DNA of 64,000 bases from an uncultured Gemmatimonadales bacterium. Lineage in GTDB: Bacteria; Gemmatimonadota; Gemmatimonadetes; Longimicrobiales; Longimicrobiaceae. Every line of letters begins with the position of its first letter. The first letter of the stretch is position 1. Below, piece after piece: positions 31,269 through 42,036 of this stretch. A program made the translations under genes and the position numbers. The notes beneath the pieces are model-generated. The model was not told the DNA's origin and did no database searches. It worked only from the letters and a program-made list of their open reading frames with translations. The DNA is taken from assembly GCA_963716255.1 (NCBI GenBank), contig OY970303.1, positions 6,048,001 to 6,112,000 of the forward strand. Reading direction: 5' to 3'.

Positions 31269-32162
31269 ATGGCCTGGTTCCGTAAGCCGAAGACGCCCCT
31301 GCAGGCCGCGGATCGCCGCGACCTGCCGGCGAACGTGTGGGAGAAGTGCCCGTCGTGCGGGGAGATCCTGTACCGGGAAAAGCTCAAGGAGAACTGGAAC
31401 GTGTGCCCGCAGTGCGCGCACCACCTCCGGCTCTCCGCCAACGGCTACGTGGCGCTCTTCACCGACGACGGGAGCTTCCGCGAGCACGACCGCAACCTGC
31501 GCTCGGGCGACCCGCTGGAGTTCGTGGACCTGAAGCCGTACCGCGAGCGGCTGGTCCAGGCGGAGCGGAAGAGCTCGCACGGCGACGCGGTGATCACCGG
31601 CGAGGGGACGCTGGAGGGGATCCCGGTGTTCCTGGCGGTGATGGACTTCGCCTTCATCGGCGGGTCCATGGGCTCGGTGGTGGGGGAGAAGATCGCCCGC
31701 GCCGGGCTGCGCGCGCTGGAGCGAAAGGCGCCGTTCATCGTGGTGTCGGCTTCGGGCGGGGCGCGGATGATGGAGGGGATCTTCTCGCTGATGCAGATGG
31801 CGAAGACCTCGGCGGTGCTGGCGCAGCTCCACGAGGCGGGGCTCCCCTACATCTCCATCCTCACCGACCCCACCACCGGCGGGGTGACGGCTTCGTACGC
31901 CATGCTGGGCGACGCCAACCTGGCGGAGCCGGGGGCGCTGATCGGCTTCGCGGGGCCGCGCGTCATCGAGCAGACGATCAAGCAGGAGCTGCCGGAGGGC
32001 TTCCAGCGCTCGGAGTTCCTGCTGGAGCACGGGATGCTGGACGCCATCGTGGACCGCCGCGCCATGAAGCGCGAGGTGGCCCGCCTGCTGCGCCACATGC
32101 TGGGGCTGCCGGTGCCGGAGGACTACGCCACGGTCCCGTCCGCCAACGGCAACGGGGCGTGA
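31269..32162 (+). CDS. accD: Acetyl-CoA carboxylase carboxyltransferase beta subunit
   Basis: WEKCPSC…CPQC zinc finger, GGSMGSVVGEKI, SGGARM, GFAGPRVIEQT. Confidence 0.96.
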   Translation: MAWFRKPKTPLQAADRRDLPANVWEKCPSCGEILYREKLKENWNVCPQCAHHLRLSANGYVALFTDDGSFREHDRNLRSGDPLEFVDLKPYRERLVQAERKSSHGDAVITGEGTLEGIPVFLAVMDFAFIGGSMGSVVGEKIARAGLRALERKAPFIVVSASGGARMMEGIFSLMQMAKTSAVLAQLHEAGLPYISILTDPTTGGVTASYAMLGDANLAEPGALIGFAGPRVIEQTIKQELPEGFQRSEFLLEHGMLDAIVDRRAMKREVARLLRHMLGLPVPEDYATVPSANGNGA

Positions 32163-33454
32163 CCGGGGACGACCCGCTCGCCTGGCTCTACGGCCGGACC
32201 ACGGGGGGGATCCGCTGGGGGCTGGAGCGGACGGAGGAGATGCTCGCCGGTGTGGGGGATCCGCACCGGCGCTTTCGTTCCATCCACGTGGGCGGCACCA
32301 ACGGCAAGGGCTCGGTGTCGGCGCTCTGCGACTCGGTCCTGCGCGCGGCGGACCCGGGGCGCCGGGTGGGGATGTACACCTCGCCGCACCTGGTGCGCTT
32401 CGCGGAGCGTATTCGCGTGGACGGCGAGCCGGTGGACGGCGCGCTCCTCGCGGCGTGCGTGGAGCGCCTCCGGCCGGCGATCGAGGATTCCGGCGCCACC
32501 TTCTTCGAGGCGGCGACCGCGGTGGCGTTCCTGTGCTTCGCCGAGGCGGGGGTGGACGTGGCGGTGGTGGAGGTGGGGCTGGGGGGGCGGCTGGACTCCA
32601 CCAACGTGGTCGCCCCGCTGGTGGCGGCGGTGACCAACGTGGCGCGGGACCACGTGGAGTTCCTGGGCGACACGGTGGGGGAGATCGCCTGGGAAAAGGC
32701 GGGAATCTGGAAGCCGGGGGTCCCCGCGATCACCGGCGAGGCGGACCCCCTGGCGCTGGGGGTACTGGCCGAGCGCGCCCGCGCGGTGGGCGCGCCCTTT
32801 GTCGCGCTGGACTTCGTGTCGGCGGTGGAGGACGTCCGCCTCGCCCCGGCGGGGACCGGGTTCCGGTTCCGCTCGGAGGCCTGGGGCGAGCGCGAGGTGC
32901 GCATTTCGCTGGTGGGAGCGCACCAGGCGCGCAACGCGGCGCTGGCCGCGGGGCTGCTGGCGCTCCTCCCGCCGGAGCTGCGGCCGGAGTGGGACGCGGT
33001 GGAGCGGGGCTTCGCGGCGGCGCGCTGGCCCGGGCGCTTCCAGGTGGAGGAGATCCGCGGCACCACCTGGGTGCTGGACGTGGCGCACAACCCGGCGGGC
33101 GTCGCCGCGCTCGCCGCGACGCTCGACGCGGTGGCGTTGCCGCGCCCGCTGGTGCTGGTGGCGGGGGTGCTCTCGGACAAGGAGTGGACGGAGATGCTTC
33201 CGCCGCTGCTGGAGCGCGCGGACGCGGCGATCCTGACCATCGCGCCCACCGCCCCGGAGGGACGGCGCTGGGACCCGGAGGCGGTCGCCGCGGGGCTCCC
33301 CCGCGACCTGCGCATCCCGGTGCGGGTGATCCCGGAGCTGGAGACGGCGCTGTCGCGGGCCACGACGCTGGCGCCGTACGGCACCGTCCTGGTGACCGGC
33401 TCGGTGCACACCGTGGGCGACGCGCTGCCGATCCTGGGGCTGCCTTCGCTCTGA
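32159..33454 (+). CDS. folC: Folylpolyglutamate synthase/dihydrofolate synthase
   Basis: HVGGTNGKGS, YTSPHL, EVGLGGRLDSTN, WPGRF, DVAHNP. Confidence 0.95.
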   Translation: MTGDDPLAWLYGRTTGGIRWGLERTEEMLAGVGDPHRRFRSIHVGGTNGKGSVSALCDSVLRAADPGRRVGMYTSPHLVRFAERIRVDGEPVDGALLAACVERLRPAIEDSGATFFEAATAVAFLCFAEAGVDVAVVEVGLGGRLDSTNVVAPLVAAVTNVARDHVEFLGDTVGEIAWEKAGIWKPGVPAITGEADPLALGVLAERARAVGAPFVALDFVSAVEDVRLAPAGTGFRFRSEAWGEREVRISLVGAHQARNAALAAGLLALLPPELRPEWDAVERGFAAARWPGRFQVEEIRGTTWVLDVAHNPAGVAALAATLDAVALPRPLVLVAGVLSDKEWTEMLPPLLERADAAILTIAPTAPEGRRWDPEAVAAGLPRDLRIPVRVIPELETALSRATTLAPYGTVLVTGSVHTVGDALPILGLPSL

Positions 33455-33809
33455 CGCCCGTTCGCTCGGCATTCGCGAGTCCCTCTCCCACCGCCTTGGG
33501 GGAGGGATTCGTGCTCGTGTGCGTCTGGATCGGTGTGCGGCGGTCGGGAGCGGAGCTGGTCTACGGGAAGAGTTAATCCCTTTCCACCGCCGCCGCACCC
33601 CCAACTCTTCCCTCCGACCACCCCCACTCCCTCCCTGGGCGGCATTCGCGTGGGGCAGGGAACCCCTTCGCCGTTCTCCATTTCGCGCGCGGAGTTCGAG
33701 GGGCCGACGGAGGGCGTCGGCTCGGGTCGTGCGTGTGGCTCATTTTCCGTTCCGTACTCTCGCACTTCCGCACTTTCGCACTCGCCGTCCCCGGTCTACA
33801 TTCCGCGCC

Positions 33810-35093
33810 ATGTCTACCTTCGCCGCACTGCCCGGTTTCCGGGACTTCTACCCCGACGAGTTCGCCGTCCGCGCCCACATCGTCCACGCGTGGCGCGAGG
33901 TCGCGCGGCGCTACGGCTTCCAGGAGTACGACGGGCCTCCGCTGGAGCCGCTGGAGCTGTACGTGGAGAAGTCCGGGCCCGAGATCGTACAGCAGCTCTA
34001 CAACTTCACCGACAAGGGCGGGCGCGAGGTGTCGCTCCGCCCCGAGATGACGCCCACCCTGGCCCGCATGGTGGGGGCGCGCATCGGCGGGATGCGGAAG
34101 CCCGTGAAGTGGTTCTCCATCCCGCAGCTCTTCCGCTACGAGCGGCAGCAGCGTGGGCGGCTGCGCGAGCACTTCCAGCTCAACCTGGACGTCATCGGCG
34201 AGGAGGACGTGCTCGCCGACGCGGAGCTGCTGGCCGCGGCCATCGACATGCTGCGGATGCTGGGGCTGACCGCCGGGGACTTCGTCGCGCGGGTCTCGGA
34301 CCGGCGGCTGCTGCGCGCGCTCCTGCTGGACGCGGGGGTGCCGGAGGACCAGCTCGTCCTCGTCTACAACATCGTGGACAAGCTGGAGCGGGAGACGCGC
34401 GAGGCGCTGTCCGCCCGGCTGTCCGCCGAGGCGGGGCTGGGCGCGGAGACCATCGACGGGATCTTCGCCATCTTCCGGCACACGGACTTCGCCGGGGTGA
34501 GGGAGGCGTACGGGTCGCGCGAGACTGTGGCGCCGGAGATCGAGCGCAGCGCGCAGCTGTTCGCCCACCTGGAGGCGATGGGCCTGGGCGACTTCGTCCG
34601 CTTCGACCTGACCATCGTGCGTGGGCTGGCCTACTACACGGGGACCGTGTTCGAGCTGTTCGACGTGCGCGGCGAGCTGCGCGCCATCTGCGGCGGCGGG
34701 CGCTACGACGACCTCCTCAAACGCGTGGGCGGCGTGGACGTGCCCGCGCTGGGCTTCGGCATGGGCGACGTGGTGCTCACCGAGCTGCTGCGCGACCGCG
34801 GGCTCCTGCCCGACACCGCACACTCGCTGGACTACTACCTCGTCGCGGTGGGGCCGGAGCAGCGCCCCGCGGCCCTGTCGCTGGCGCACAGGCTGCGCGA
34901 TGCCGGGCACTCGGTGGAGTACGGCTTCAAGGCACAGGGGGTGGGCAAGCAGTTCAAGAACGCCTCGGCGCTGGGCGCCCGGCGGGTGGTGGTGCTGGGC
35001 CCCGACGAGGTGGCCGAGGGCGTGGCGGCGGTCAGGGACATGGCGAGCGGGGAGGAGGTCCGGGTCCCCATCGAGGAGCTGGCACGACCGTGA
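33810..35093 (+). CDS. hisS: Histidine--tRNA ligase
   Basis: LRPEMTP, FRYERQQRGRLREHFQ, RGLAYYTG, GGGRYD. Confidence 0.96.
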   Translation: MSTFAALPGFRDFYPDEFAVRAHIVHAWREVARRYGFQEYDGPPLEPLELYVEKSGPEIVQQLYNFTDKGGREVSLRPEMTPTLARMVGARIGGMRKPVKWFSIPQLFRYERQQRGRLREHFQLNLDVIGEEDVLADAELLAAAIDMLRMLGLTAGDFVARVSDRRLLRALLLDAGVPEDQLVLVYNIVDKLERETREALSARLSAEAGLGAETIDGIFAIFRHTDFAGVREAYGSRETVAPEIERSAQLFAHLEAMGLGDFVRFDLTIVRGLAYYTGTVFELFDVRGELRAICGGGRYDDLLKRVGGVDVPALGFGMGDVVLTELLRDRGLLPDTAHSLDYYLVAVGPEQRPAALSLAHRLRDAGHSVEYGFKAQGVGKQFKNASALGARRVVVLGPDEVAEGVAAVRDMASGEEVRVPIEELARP

Positions 35094-35200
35094 CGCCCGC
35101 GCCGGCCCCCACGCGGCGGCCCGGCGCGGGCGACGTGCACGGACAGGACCCGCATCCCACGGGACAACGAACCGGACCTCTTTCTTTTTTGGATATCGAA

Positions 35201-36697
35201 ATGGCGAACGACAAGGCACTCACCACGCGCGCCGACGACTTCAGCGCCTGGTACAACGAGATCGTGCTCCGCGCGGAGCTGGCGGACTACTCGCCCGTGC
35301 GCGGCTGCATGGTCATCCGCCCCTACGGCTACCGGCTGTGGGAGCTGATGCGCGACCGGCTGGACACCCGCTTCCGGGAGACGGGGCACCAGAACGCCTA
35401 CTTCCCCCTCTTCATCCCCCAGTCGTTCCTGGCCCGCGAGGCCGAGCACGTGGAGGGGTTCGCCAAGGAGGCGGCCATCGTCACCCACACCCGCCTCAAG
35501 GCGGTGGAGGGCGGCGGGCTGATCCCCGACCCCGACAGCAAGCTGGAGGAGCCGCTGATCGTGCGCCCCACCTCGGAGACCATCATCTACGAGATGTTCT
35601 CCAAGTGGGTGCAGAGCTACCGCGACCTGCCGCTGCTCTACAACCAGTGGGCCAACGTGGTCCGCTGGGAGATGCGCACCCGCCTCTTCCTGCGCACCAC
35701 CGAGTTCCTGTGGCAGGAGGGGCACACCGCCCACGTCAGCGAGGAGGAGGCGGAGGAAGAGTCGCTGCGCATGCTGGGCGTGTACCGCGAGTTCATGGAA
35801 GAGTGGCTGGCGATGCCCGTGGTGACGGGGCGCAAGTCGGAGTCGGAGAAGTTCGCCGGGGCGCTGCGCACCTACACGTGCGAGGCGATGATGCAGGACA
35901 ACCGGGCGCTCCAGAACGGCACCTCGCACAACCTGGGGCAGAACTTCGCGCGCCAGTTCGAGCTCAAGTTCGCCAGCGAGGCGGGGACAGAGGAGTACGC
36001 CTGGAACACCAGCTGGGGCGTGTCCACACGCATGGTGGGCGGTCTGGTGATGACGCACGGCGACGACCAGGGGCTGGTGATGCCCCCCCAGGTGGCGCCC
36101 GTCCAGGTGGTGGTGGTCCCCATCTACCGCAAGGCCGAGGAGCGCGACCTGGTGCTGGGCAAGGCGCGCGAGATCGTCGCGGCGCTGGACGGCATCCGCA
36201 CGCACCTGGACGACCGCGACAACCTGACGCCCGGCGCCAAGTTCTACGAGTGGGAGACAAAGGGCGTCCCCTTCCGCATCGAGGTGGGGCCCAAGGACAT
36301 CGCCAAGCAGCAGGTGGTGCTGGCGCGGCGCGTGGTCGGCGAGGGCGAGGAGCGCAAGCAGTTCCTCCCCGAGGCGGAGGTGCTCGGCTCCATGCGGCGG
36401 CGGCTGGACGAGTTCCAGGCGTTCCTGCTGGAGCGGGCCCGGGCGCGGCGCGAAGCCAACTCGTACCGGGACGTCGCGGACTACGCGCGGTTCCGGGAGA
36501 TCCTGGACGGCGAGGGCGGGTTCGTGTACACCGGGTGGTGCGGGTCGGCCGGGTGCGAGGCGCGCGTCAAGGACGAGACCAAGGCCACCATCCGCTGCCT
36601 GCCGTTCGAGGAGTTCCAATCGTCTCCGGCGCCCGCGGCGTGCGTGGTGTGCGGCGGCGAGTCCGTGGTCGAGGCGGTCTGGGCGAAGGCCTACTGA
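35201..36697 (+). CDS. proS: Proline--tRNA ligase (archaeal/eukaryotic-type)
   Basis: DFSAWYNE, RPTSET, QWANVVRWE, FLWQEGHT, C-terminal AKAY. Confidence 0.96.
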   Translation: MANDKALTTRADDFSAWYNEIVLRAELADYSPVRGCMVIRPYGYRLWELMRDRLDTRFRETGHQNAYFPLFIPQSFLAREAEHVEGFAKEAAIVTHTRLKAVEGGGLIPDPDSKLEEPLIVRPTSETIIYEMFSKWVQSYRDLPLLYNQWANVVRWEMRTRLFLRTTEFLWQEGHTAHVSEEEAEEESLRMLGVYREFMEEWLAMPVVTGRKSESEKFAGALRTYTCEAMMQDNRALQNGTSHNLGQNFARQFELKFASEAGTEEYAWNTSWGVSTRMVGGLVMTHGDDQGLVMPPQVAPVQVVVVPIYRKAEERDLVLGKAREIVAALDGIRTHLDDRDNLTPGAKFYEWETKGVPFRIEVGPKDIAKQQVVLARRVVGEGEERKQFLPEAEVLGSMRRRLDEFQAFLLERARARREANSYRDVADYARFREILDGEGGFVYTGWCGSAGCEARVKDETKATIRCLPFEEFQSSPAPAACVVCGGESVVEAVWAKAY

Positions 36698-36707
36698 TGT
36701 GAACAGC

Positions 36708-36861
36708 GGGTTCGGGCGTGCCCCCGGCTGGCGCCGGGGTCGGGCTTCGGCTCCGTAACGCAGCAAACAACGCTGCGTAACGGAGTCGAGCCCGCGCAAA
36801 CAGCCGCGCGGTCTCGCCCCTTCGGGCCGAAATCCCTCACGCGGGGCTGGTGCTGGCGTCC
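36708..36861 (+). repeat. Structured intergenic repeat copy 3 (with GCTGGCGTCC tail)
   Basis: Near-identical to the other copies; 10 nt after the proS stop. Confidence 0.93.
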
Positions 36862-36872
36862 GCGAGGGCGGA

Positions 36873-37089
36873 CCCCCTCACCCCCCGGCCCCCTCTCCCC
36901 CGCGAGCGGGGGAAAGGGGGAGCACGACACGTCGGAGGCCGAGGGTCAGGAAGCCCTCCCCCAGAATTGGGGGAGGGTGGCGAGCCTCAAGCGAGCCGGG
37001 TGGGGGCACCCGTGGACGTAGCTCGTCGCCGCTTCACGCACGAGAAAATCCCCTCTCCCGCTTGCGGGGGAGGGGTTTGGGGAGGGGGC
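36873..37089. repeat. Cluster of REP-like palindromes (CCCTCTCCCGCTTGCGGGGGAGGG and CCCTCCCCCAGAATTGGGGGAGGG types)
   Basis: Three GC palindromes; the same types recur at 43787, 48067-48290 and 59044. Confidence 0.8.
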
Positions 37090-37154
37090 CTTCGGGGGCG
37101 TCCGCGCGAAGCGGACGCCCCTTGTATTTCAGGCCGCGGCGATCGGGCCGCGAA

Positions 37155-37925
37155 TCAGAACTGAAGCACCCAGCGCGTGTTCGCGGGGGGCGGCGGGGCG
37201 GGGTCGTCCTGCTTGGGACCGATCGCGAGGATTCCCAGGGACTGCGCCAGCGAGGGCGTGCGGCCGGGCGCGAGGCCGCCGGGCGTCGGGGAGCCGGCGG
37301 CGCGCTGGAGCATCCAGTCGAGCGCTCCGCGCTGCGCCTCCGGCAGGGTGGTGCTGAGTGCCGTCAGGCGCGCCACCAGAGCGCCCTGCGGCGAGCGCGG
37401 GTCGTCCTGCTTGGGGCCGATCGCCAGGATGCTCGTGGGGCGTGGCGTGCCGGGATCGTCCTGCTTGGGGCCGATGGCGACGGTGCCGTTGCCCGGCCGC
37501 GGTGCGCCGGGGTCGTCCTGCTTGGGCCCGATGGCCACGGCGCCGTTCCCCGGGCGGGGTGCGTTGGGGTCGGTCGGGCGCGGGTTGACGGTTCCCGCGG
37601 CGGCGCGTCCGCCCTGCACGACGATGGCGGTCCGGCCGCCCTGGACGACGATGCTCCTCCCGCCGGGCGAGTAGAAGATGGGGCGGACCGTCGTGCCCGC
37701 CGGGTTGTCGGCGGGGGCGGCGGCGGCGCGGCGCATCAGGTCCGCGAGGAGCTGCCGCTGCTCGGGCGGCAGGGTGGCGGAGAGAGAGTCCAGGCGGGTC
37801 TCCAGCCCGCGCACGGCGGCGGCGTCCACCACCACCTGGCCGCGCTGGGCCGGCGCGGCCGCGGCGGTGGCGGCGAGCGCGAGAGCGGGGAGCACCGCGG
37901 CGAGGGTTCGTCTCGGCAGGCGCAT
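37155..37925 (-). CDS. Secreted hypothetical protein with 4x AIGPKQDDP and 2x IVVQGGR repeats
   Basis: Signal peptide ending AAAPAQ, GGAGG RBS upstream, repeats visible at protein and DNA level. Confidence 0.8.
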   Translation of the reverse strand: MRLPRRTLAAVLPALALAATAAAAPAQRGQVVVDAAAVRGLETRLDSLSATLPPEQRQLLADLMRRAAAAPADNPAGTTVRPIFYSPGGRSIVVQGGRTAIVVQGGRAAAGTVNPRPTDPNAPRPGNGAVAIGPKQDDPGAPRPGNGTVAIGPKQDDPGTPRPTSILAIGPKQDDPRSPQGALVARLTALSTTLPEAQRGALDWMLQRAAGSPTPGGLAPGRTPSLAQSLGILAIGPKQDDPAPPPPANTRWVLQF

Positions 37926-38041
37926 GGGGGACCTCCAGGGCGGAAGCGGGGAAAAGGGGCGCGGACACTGGCCCCACGGGCGGCGAAGTGCTTATCTTCA
38001 CGGGCGATCCGGCCCGTCCAAAATACGCACCCGGCCACGGC

Positions 38042-39321
38042 ATGGAAACACTTTCCGCTCCCCCGCAGTCGCGTACCGAGGCGTTTCCGCGCCGGAACGG
38101 GGTCCTGTTCTGCGAGGACGTCTCCATCCCGGAGCTGGTCGCCCGCTGGGGCACCCCCCTGTACGTGTACTCCCGGTCCGCCATCCGGGAGCGCTTCCGC
38201 GAGCTGGACCAGGCGCTGGCGCCGGTGCCCCACCTGATCGCCTACTCCGTCAAGGCAAACGGCAACCTGGCGGTGCTGCGCACGCTGGCGGAGATGGGCG
38301 CGGGCGCGGACATCGTTTCGGCGGGGGAGCTTCACCGGGCGCGGCTGGCCGGCATCCCCGGCGAGCGCATCCTGTTCAGCGGGGTGGGGAAGACGGTGCG
38401 CGAGCTGGCGGCGGCGCTGGACGCGGGGATCTACGCCTTCAACGTGGAGTCCGAGGGGGAGCTGTGCGCCCTCTCCGAGCTGGCGAAGGCGACGGGGCGG
38501 CGCGCGCCGGTGGCGCTGCGCGTGAACCCCGACATCGAGTCGCCCACGCCGCACGCGTACACGCGCACCGGGCACGCGGCCACCAAGTTCGGCATCGCCG
38601 CCGAGCGGGCGCGCGACCTGTACTGCGTCGCGGCAAAGCTCCCCGGCGTCTGGGTGCGCGGGGTGGACGTGCACATCGGCTCGCAGATCCTGGAGGTGGA
38701 GCCGTACCGTCGCGCCCTCCAGCACGTGCTGGACCTGGCGCACTCGCTCAAGCAGGAGGGGCTGCCGCTGGAGTTCGTGGACCTGGGGGGCGGCTTCGGG
38801 ATCTCGTACACGGGCGAGGAGGGGATCTCCCCGGCCGAGTTCGCGCAGGTGGTGGTCCCCGAGCTGCTGGAGTCGGGGCTGCGGCTGGTGGTGGAGCCGG
38901 GGCGCTTCCTCGTGGGGCACGCCGGAACGCTGGTGACGCGTGTCCTGTACGTGAAGGAGGGGGGGGAAAGCGCTTCTTCATCACCGACGCCGGGATGAAC
39001 GACCTCCTCCGCCCCAGCCATTACGCCGGGTGGCACGCGGTGGACGCGGTGCAGCTCCACGGCCGCGCCCCCGTCCGCGGCGACGTGGTGGGCCCCATCT
39101 GCGAGACCGGCGATTTCCTCGCGCTGGACCGCGAGATGGAGCGCCCCGAGCCCGGGGAGCTGCTGGCCATCCGCACCGTGGGGGCGTACGGCTTCTCCAT
39201 GAGCAGCACCTACAACCAGCGGCCGCGCCCCGCGGAGGTGATCGTGGAGGGCTCGGAGGCGAGGCTGGCCCGGCGCCGGGAGACGCTGGACGACCTCGTC
39301 GCTGCCGAGATGGGGCTGTAG
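38042..39321 (+). CDS. lysA: Diaminopimelate decarboxylase, frameshifted at the G8 run 38959-38966
   Basis: YSVKAN, FSGVGK, KFGI, HIGSQI, DLGGG, EPGRF; C-terminal GPICETGD…GAYGFSMSSTYN in another frame. Confidence 0.92.
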
Positions 39322-39340
39322 CACAGCGGACTGGACCGCA

Positions 39341-39499
39341 GGGTTCGGGCGTGCCCCCGGCTGGCGCCGGGGTCGGGCTTCGGCTCCGTAACGCACGAAA
39401 CAACCGTGCGTAACGGAGTCGAACCCCGGCGGAAACAGCCCCGCCGGGTCTCGCCCCTCCGGGCCGAAATCCCTCACGCGGGGCCCGTGCTGGCGTCCT
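39341..39499 (+). repeat. Structured intergenic repeat copy 4
   Basis: Same scaffold with compensatory stem changes; about 20 nt after the lysA stop. Confidence 0.92.
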
Positions 39500-39551
39500 C
39501 GGGAGAACTTCCTTTCCCGAATACAGGGGTGGCGGTCCGGTCGGTGACAAG

Positions 39552-39588
39552 CGCGGCGGGGCGGATCCTATCGGATCCGCCCCGCCGC
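39552..39588. terminator. Strong hairpin between convergent lysA and the PIN gene
   Basis: GCGGCGGGGCGGATCC-TATC-GGATCCGCCCCGCCGC perfect inverted repeat. Confidence 0.55.
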
Positions 39589-39596
39589 CGTTCTGA

Positions 39597-40025
39597 TCAG
39601 CCGCTGTTGTCCTCGTCCGATGCGGGAAGGAGCGGCCGTCCGGCGAGGAAGTCCGCCGGCTTCTGCACGAGCACTCCTCCGATCCGTCGTCCAAAGTACT
39701 TCCCGAAGTGCATCACGTCGCCGGTGACCAGGTGCGACGCGCCGGCGCGCATGGCGGCGATGAGGATCGGGCGGTCCTTGGGGGGGAGCTCCACGTCCGG
39801 CGGGAGCGGGAGGTCGGCGGCATCCTCCACCACCCGCACCAGGGCGAGGAGGAACCGGAGCCGGTGCCTCTGGTCCGCCTCCCGCAGGTTCGAGCGGGCC
39901 TCCTCTGCCGCATAGGCGGAGGTCACCAGCTCCACCTCCGCCAGCTCCCAGAACCTCCGCAGCCCCGCCCCCTGCCTGTACGCGGCCGAGAACAGGACGT
40001 TCGCGTCGAGAAAGGCGACGTCCAC
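39597..40025 (-). CDS. PIN-domain toxin (VapC-like)
   Basis: FLDANVLFSA, KDRPILIAA, LVTGD acidic PIN residues. Confidence 0.85.
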   Translation of the reverse strand: MDVAFLDANVLFSAAYRQGAGLRRFWELAEVELVTSAYAAEEARSNLREADQRHRLRFLLALVRVVEDAADLPLPPDVELPPKDRPILIAAMRAGASHLVTGDVMHFGKYFGRRIGGVLVQKPADFLAGRPLLPASDEDNSG

Positions 40026-40027
40026 GC

Positions 40028-40327
40028 TCAGTCGCCGGGCGGCGGCTCGTGCGGGACGGTGTCGGGATCGAGACCCATCTTCCTCACTTCCCGCACGGCC
40101 CAGCGGTACTCCGCGATGTCGGCCGCGTTGGTGAGCAGGAACTCGGCTTTTCGGGCGGGAGTGTAGGTCTCCACCGGGAGCACCACGGCGGGACGGATCA
40201 GGATCCCGTCCTCACGCTCCTCCATCAGCACCGTGGTCCCCTCCTCGATCCCGAAGCGCCGCCGCAGCGCCGCCGGGAGCACGATCGTCCCCCGCTTTCC
40301 GACCCGGATGGGCTCCGCACGCGCCAC
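40028..40327 (-). CDS. AbrB/MazE/SpoVT-family antitoxin
   Basis: VGKRGTIVLPAALRRRFGIEEG…ILIRP; directly upstream of the PIN gene. Confidence 0.88.
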   Translation of the reverse strand: MARAEPIRVGKRGTIVLPAALRRRFGIEEGTTVLMEEREDGILIRPAVVLPVETYTPARKAEFLLTNAADIAEYRWAVREVRKMGLDPDTVPHEPPPGD

Positions 40328-40409
40328 TCGCTCCTCCTGGTTGATGTCTGAATTTCAGAATATCAACGCAACGCCCGTACGGCAAGGATGCCGTGCCCGG
40401 GGACGCGGG

Positions 40410-41732
40410 TCACTCGGAGCCGACGGCCGGCGCCCTTTCCTGCGACACCCGAGCCCGTGCTTCGGCGGCGCCTTCGCGGTCGAAGCGGTCCACCATGTTC
40501 ACCAGCCGCTGCGGCGGATCGAAGCGCTGCGCGCGCGGCGCCGTCTCGCGCTCCAGCCCCGCGGCGATGGCGTCGTACCTGGACGCCGCGTTCCAGAAGA
40601 TCCAGTCCTCCAGCCCCAGCTCGTACACCGCGCGCTTCTGGGCGCGGGCCTCCGCCGGGCCGTAGCGGTGCCCCATGCTGAACCCCTGGATCCAGGGGAC
40701 GATTCGCGCCGGCCGCCGCCCCGCTGCCTGCAGGCGCTGGTTGCGGATCACCCCCATCCCCACCGAAGTGAGCACCGTCTCGTAGGGGAGCTGGTTTGGC
40801 GTGCGGATCCCCGGCAGGTGCGTGGGGAAGTAGTGCGACGGATAGACCATGGGCAGCAGGTGGTCGGCGATCCCCGAGAGCGTTTCCCACTGCTGCCCGA
40901 TCCCCACGTCCGCCGCCTCGTTCATGGACAGCCCGAAGAGGTCCGCCGTGACCGTGACGCCCAGCGGGTGCAGCCGGCGGCGCGCCTCCGCCAGGAAGCC
41001 TGCGATTGCCTCCTCGCGCTCCCCGCGCTCGCGGGCGTGCACCTGCCTGGGCAGAGTACGGTACGCCTCCGGGAAGCGCACGTAGTCGAACTGGATCTCG
41101 CGGAAGCCGGCGCGCGCCGCCTCCTCCGCCACCCGGATGTTGTAGTCCCACACCCGCTCGTCCCACGGGCTCATCCAGCGGTTCCCCGCCTTGTCCGTCC
41201 ACAGCTTTCCCTCGGGCGTGCGGATCGCCCACTCCGGCCGCGCCGGGGCCAGGTAGCGGTCCTTGAACACCACCACCCGGGCAATGGGGTGGATGCCGTG
41301 CGCCCGCAGCGTGTCCACCAGCGTCTTCAGGTCGCGCAGCGGGATGGTTCCCTGCGACACCTCGCGCGCCAGCGGGTCGCGGCTCACGTAGCGGATGCCG
41401 TCGTCGTCCTTGACGTCCACCACGAAGGCGTTGACCTCCGTGCTGTCGGCCAGGGCGAGCAGCTTCGCCCGCTTCTCGGGCGAGCCGGCCGCGTACGAGC
41501 TCACGTACACGCCGCGGATGATGGGCGGCGCGAGGTCGCGCGGGGCGGGCGCGGGCGCGCGGGCGGGCGGCCGGGGCGCCGGCTGCGCCGCGGCCTCCTC
41601 CGCGAGGAAGGAGCTGGACGTCCGCGCGAGGGCGCCGCGGCGGTCGAGGTGGTCGGTGGACTCCGCGCAGGCGGAGAGGAGACATGCGGCCGCGAGCAGC
41701 GGCACCGCGTGAGAGGGCAGCACACCACGCAT
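40410..41732 (-). CDS. Putative glycoside hydrolase lipoprotein (DUF4015-like)
   Basis: Lipobox-like [46 protein letters not shown]. Confidence 0.8.
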   Translation of the reverse strand: MRGVLPSHAVPLLAAACLLSACAESTDHLDRRGALARTSSSFLAEEAAAQPAPRPPARAPAPAPRDLAPPIIRGVYVSSYAAGSPEKRAKLLALADSTEVNAFVVDVKDDDGIRYVSRDPLAREVSQGTIPLRDLKTLVDTLRAHGIHPIARVVVFKDRYLAPARPEWAIRTPEGKLWTDKAGNRWMSPWDERVWDYNIRVAEEAARAGFREIQFDYVRFPEAYRTLPRQVHARERGEREEAIAGFLAEARRRLHPLGVTVTADLFGLSMNEAADVGIGQQWETLSGIADHLLPMVYPSHYFPTHLPGIRTPNQLPYETVLTSVGMGVIRNQRLQAAGRRPARIVPWIQGFSMGHRYGPAEARAQKRAVYELGLEDWIFWNAASRYDAIAAGLERETAPRAQRFDPPQRLVNMVDRFDREGAAEARARVSQERAPAVGSE

Positions 41733-42036
41733 ACAGCAGGTACCTCGGAACGGCGGGGGAAGACCGGGGAAAGCGGCCGTGCGGGCCGGCGCTCGGAGGC
41801 GTGCCGTGGACCGCGAGGCGGGGCTCGGCGGTCACCGCCGAGTGGGCGGCGGCGGGCATGCGGAGGACGTCACCGGCGCCCACGGATGTTTCCGTTGCGC
41901 GGAAAAATGCCGGACGCGAAAATGGTGCCGCGGGGAGCAGCCCCGCGGCCGGGCGATGGTCGCTTTCCCCGTCCCCGCCGCCGCCCTATCTTACCCGCTC
42001 CGAGACCCTGCCATTTCAGACGGAGACGCGGCCGAC

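Noticed and set aside
33455..33809. T-box or riboswitch upstream of hisS
   Set aside because: Only a REP-like palindrome, a GGGAAGAGTT/AACTCTTCCC stem and octamer repeats are visible; no T-box consensus
37184..37540. CRISPR-like direct repeats GTCGTCCTGCTTGGG(G/C)CCGAT
   Set aside because: They are in-frame coding repeats (AIGPKQDDP) with synonymous variation
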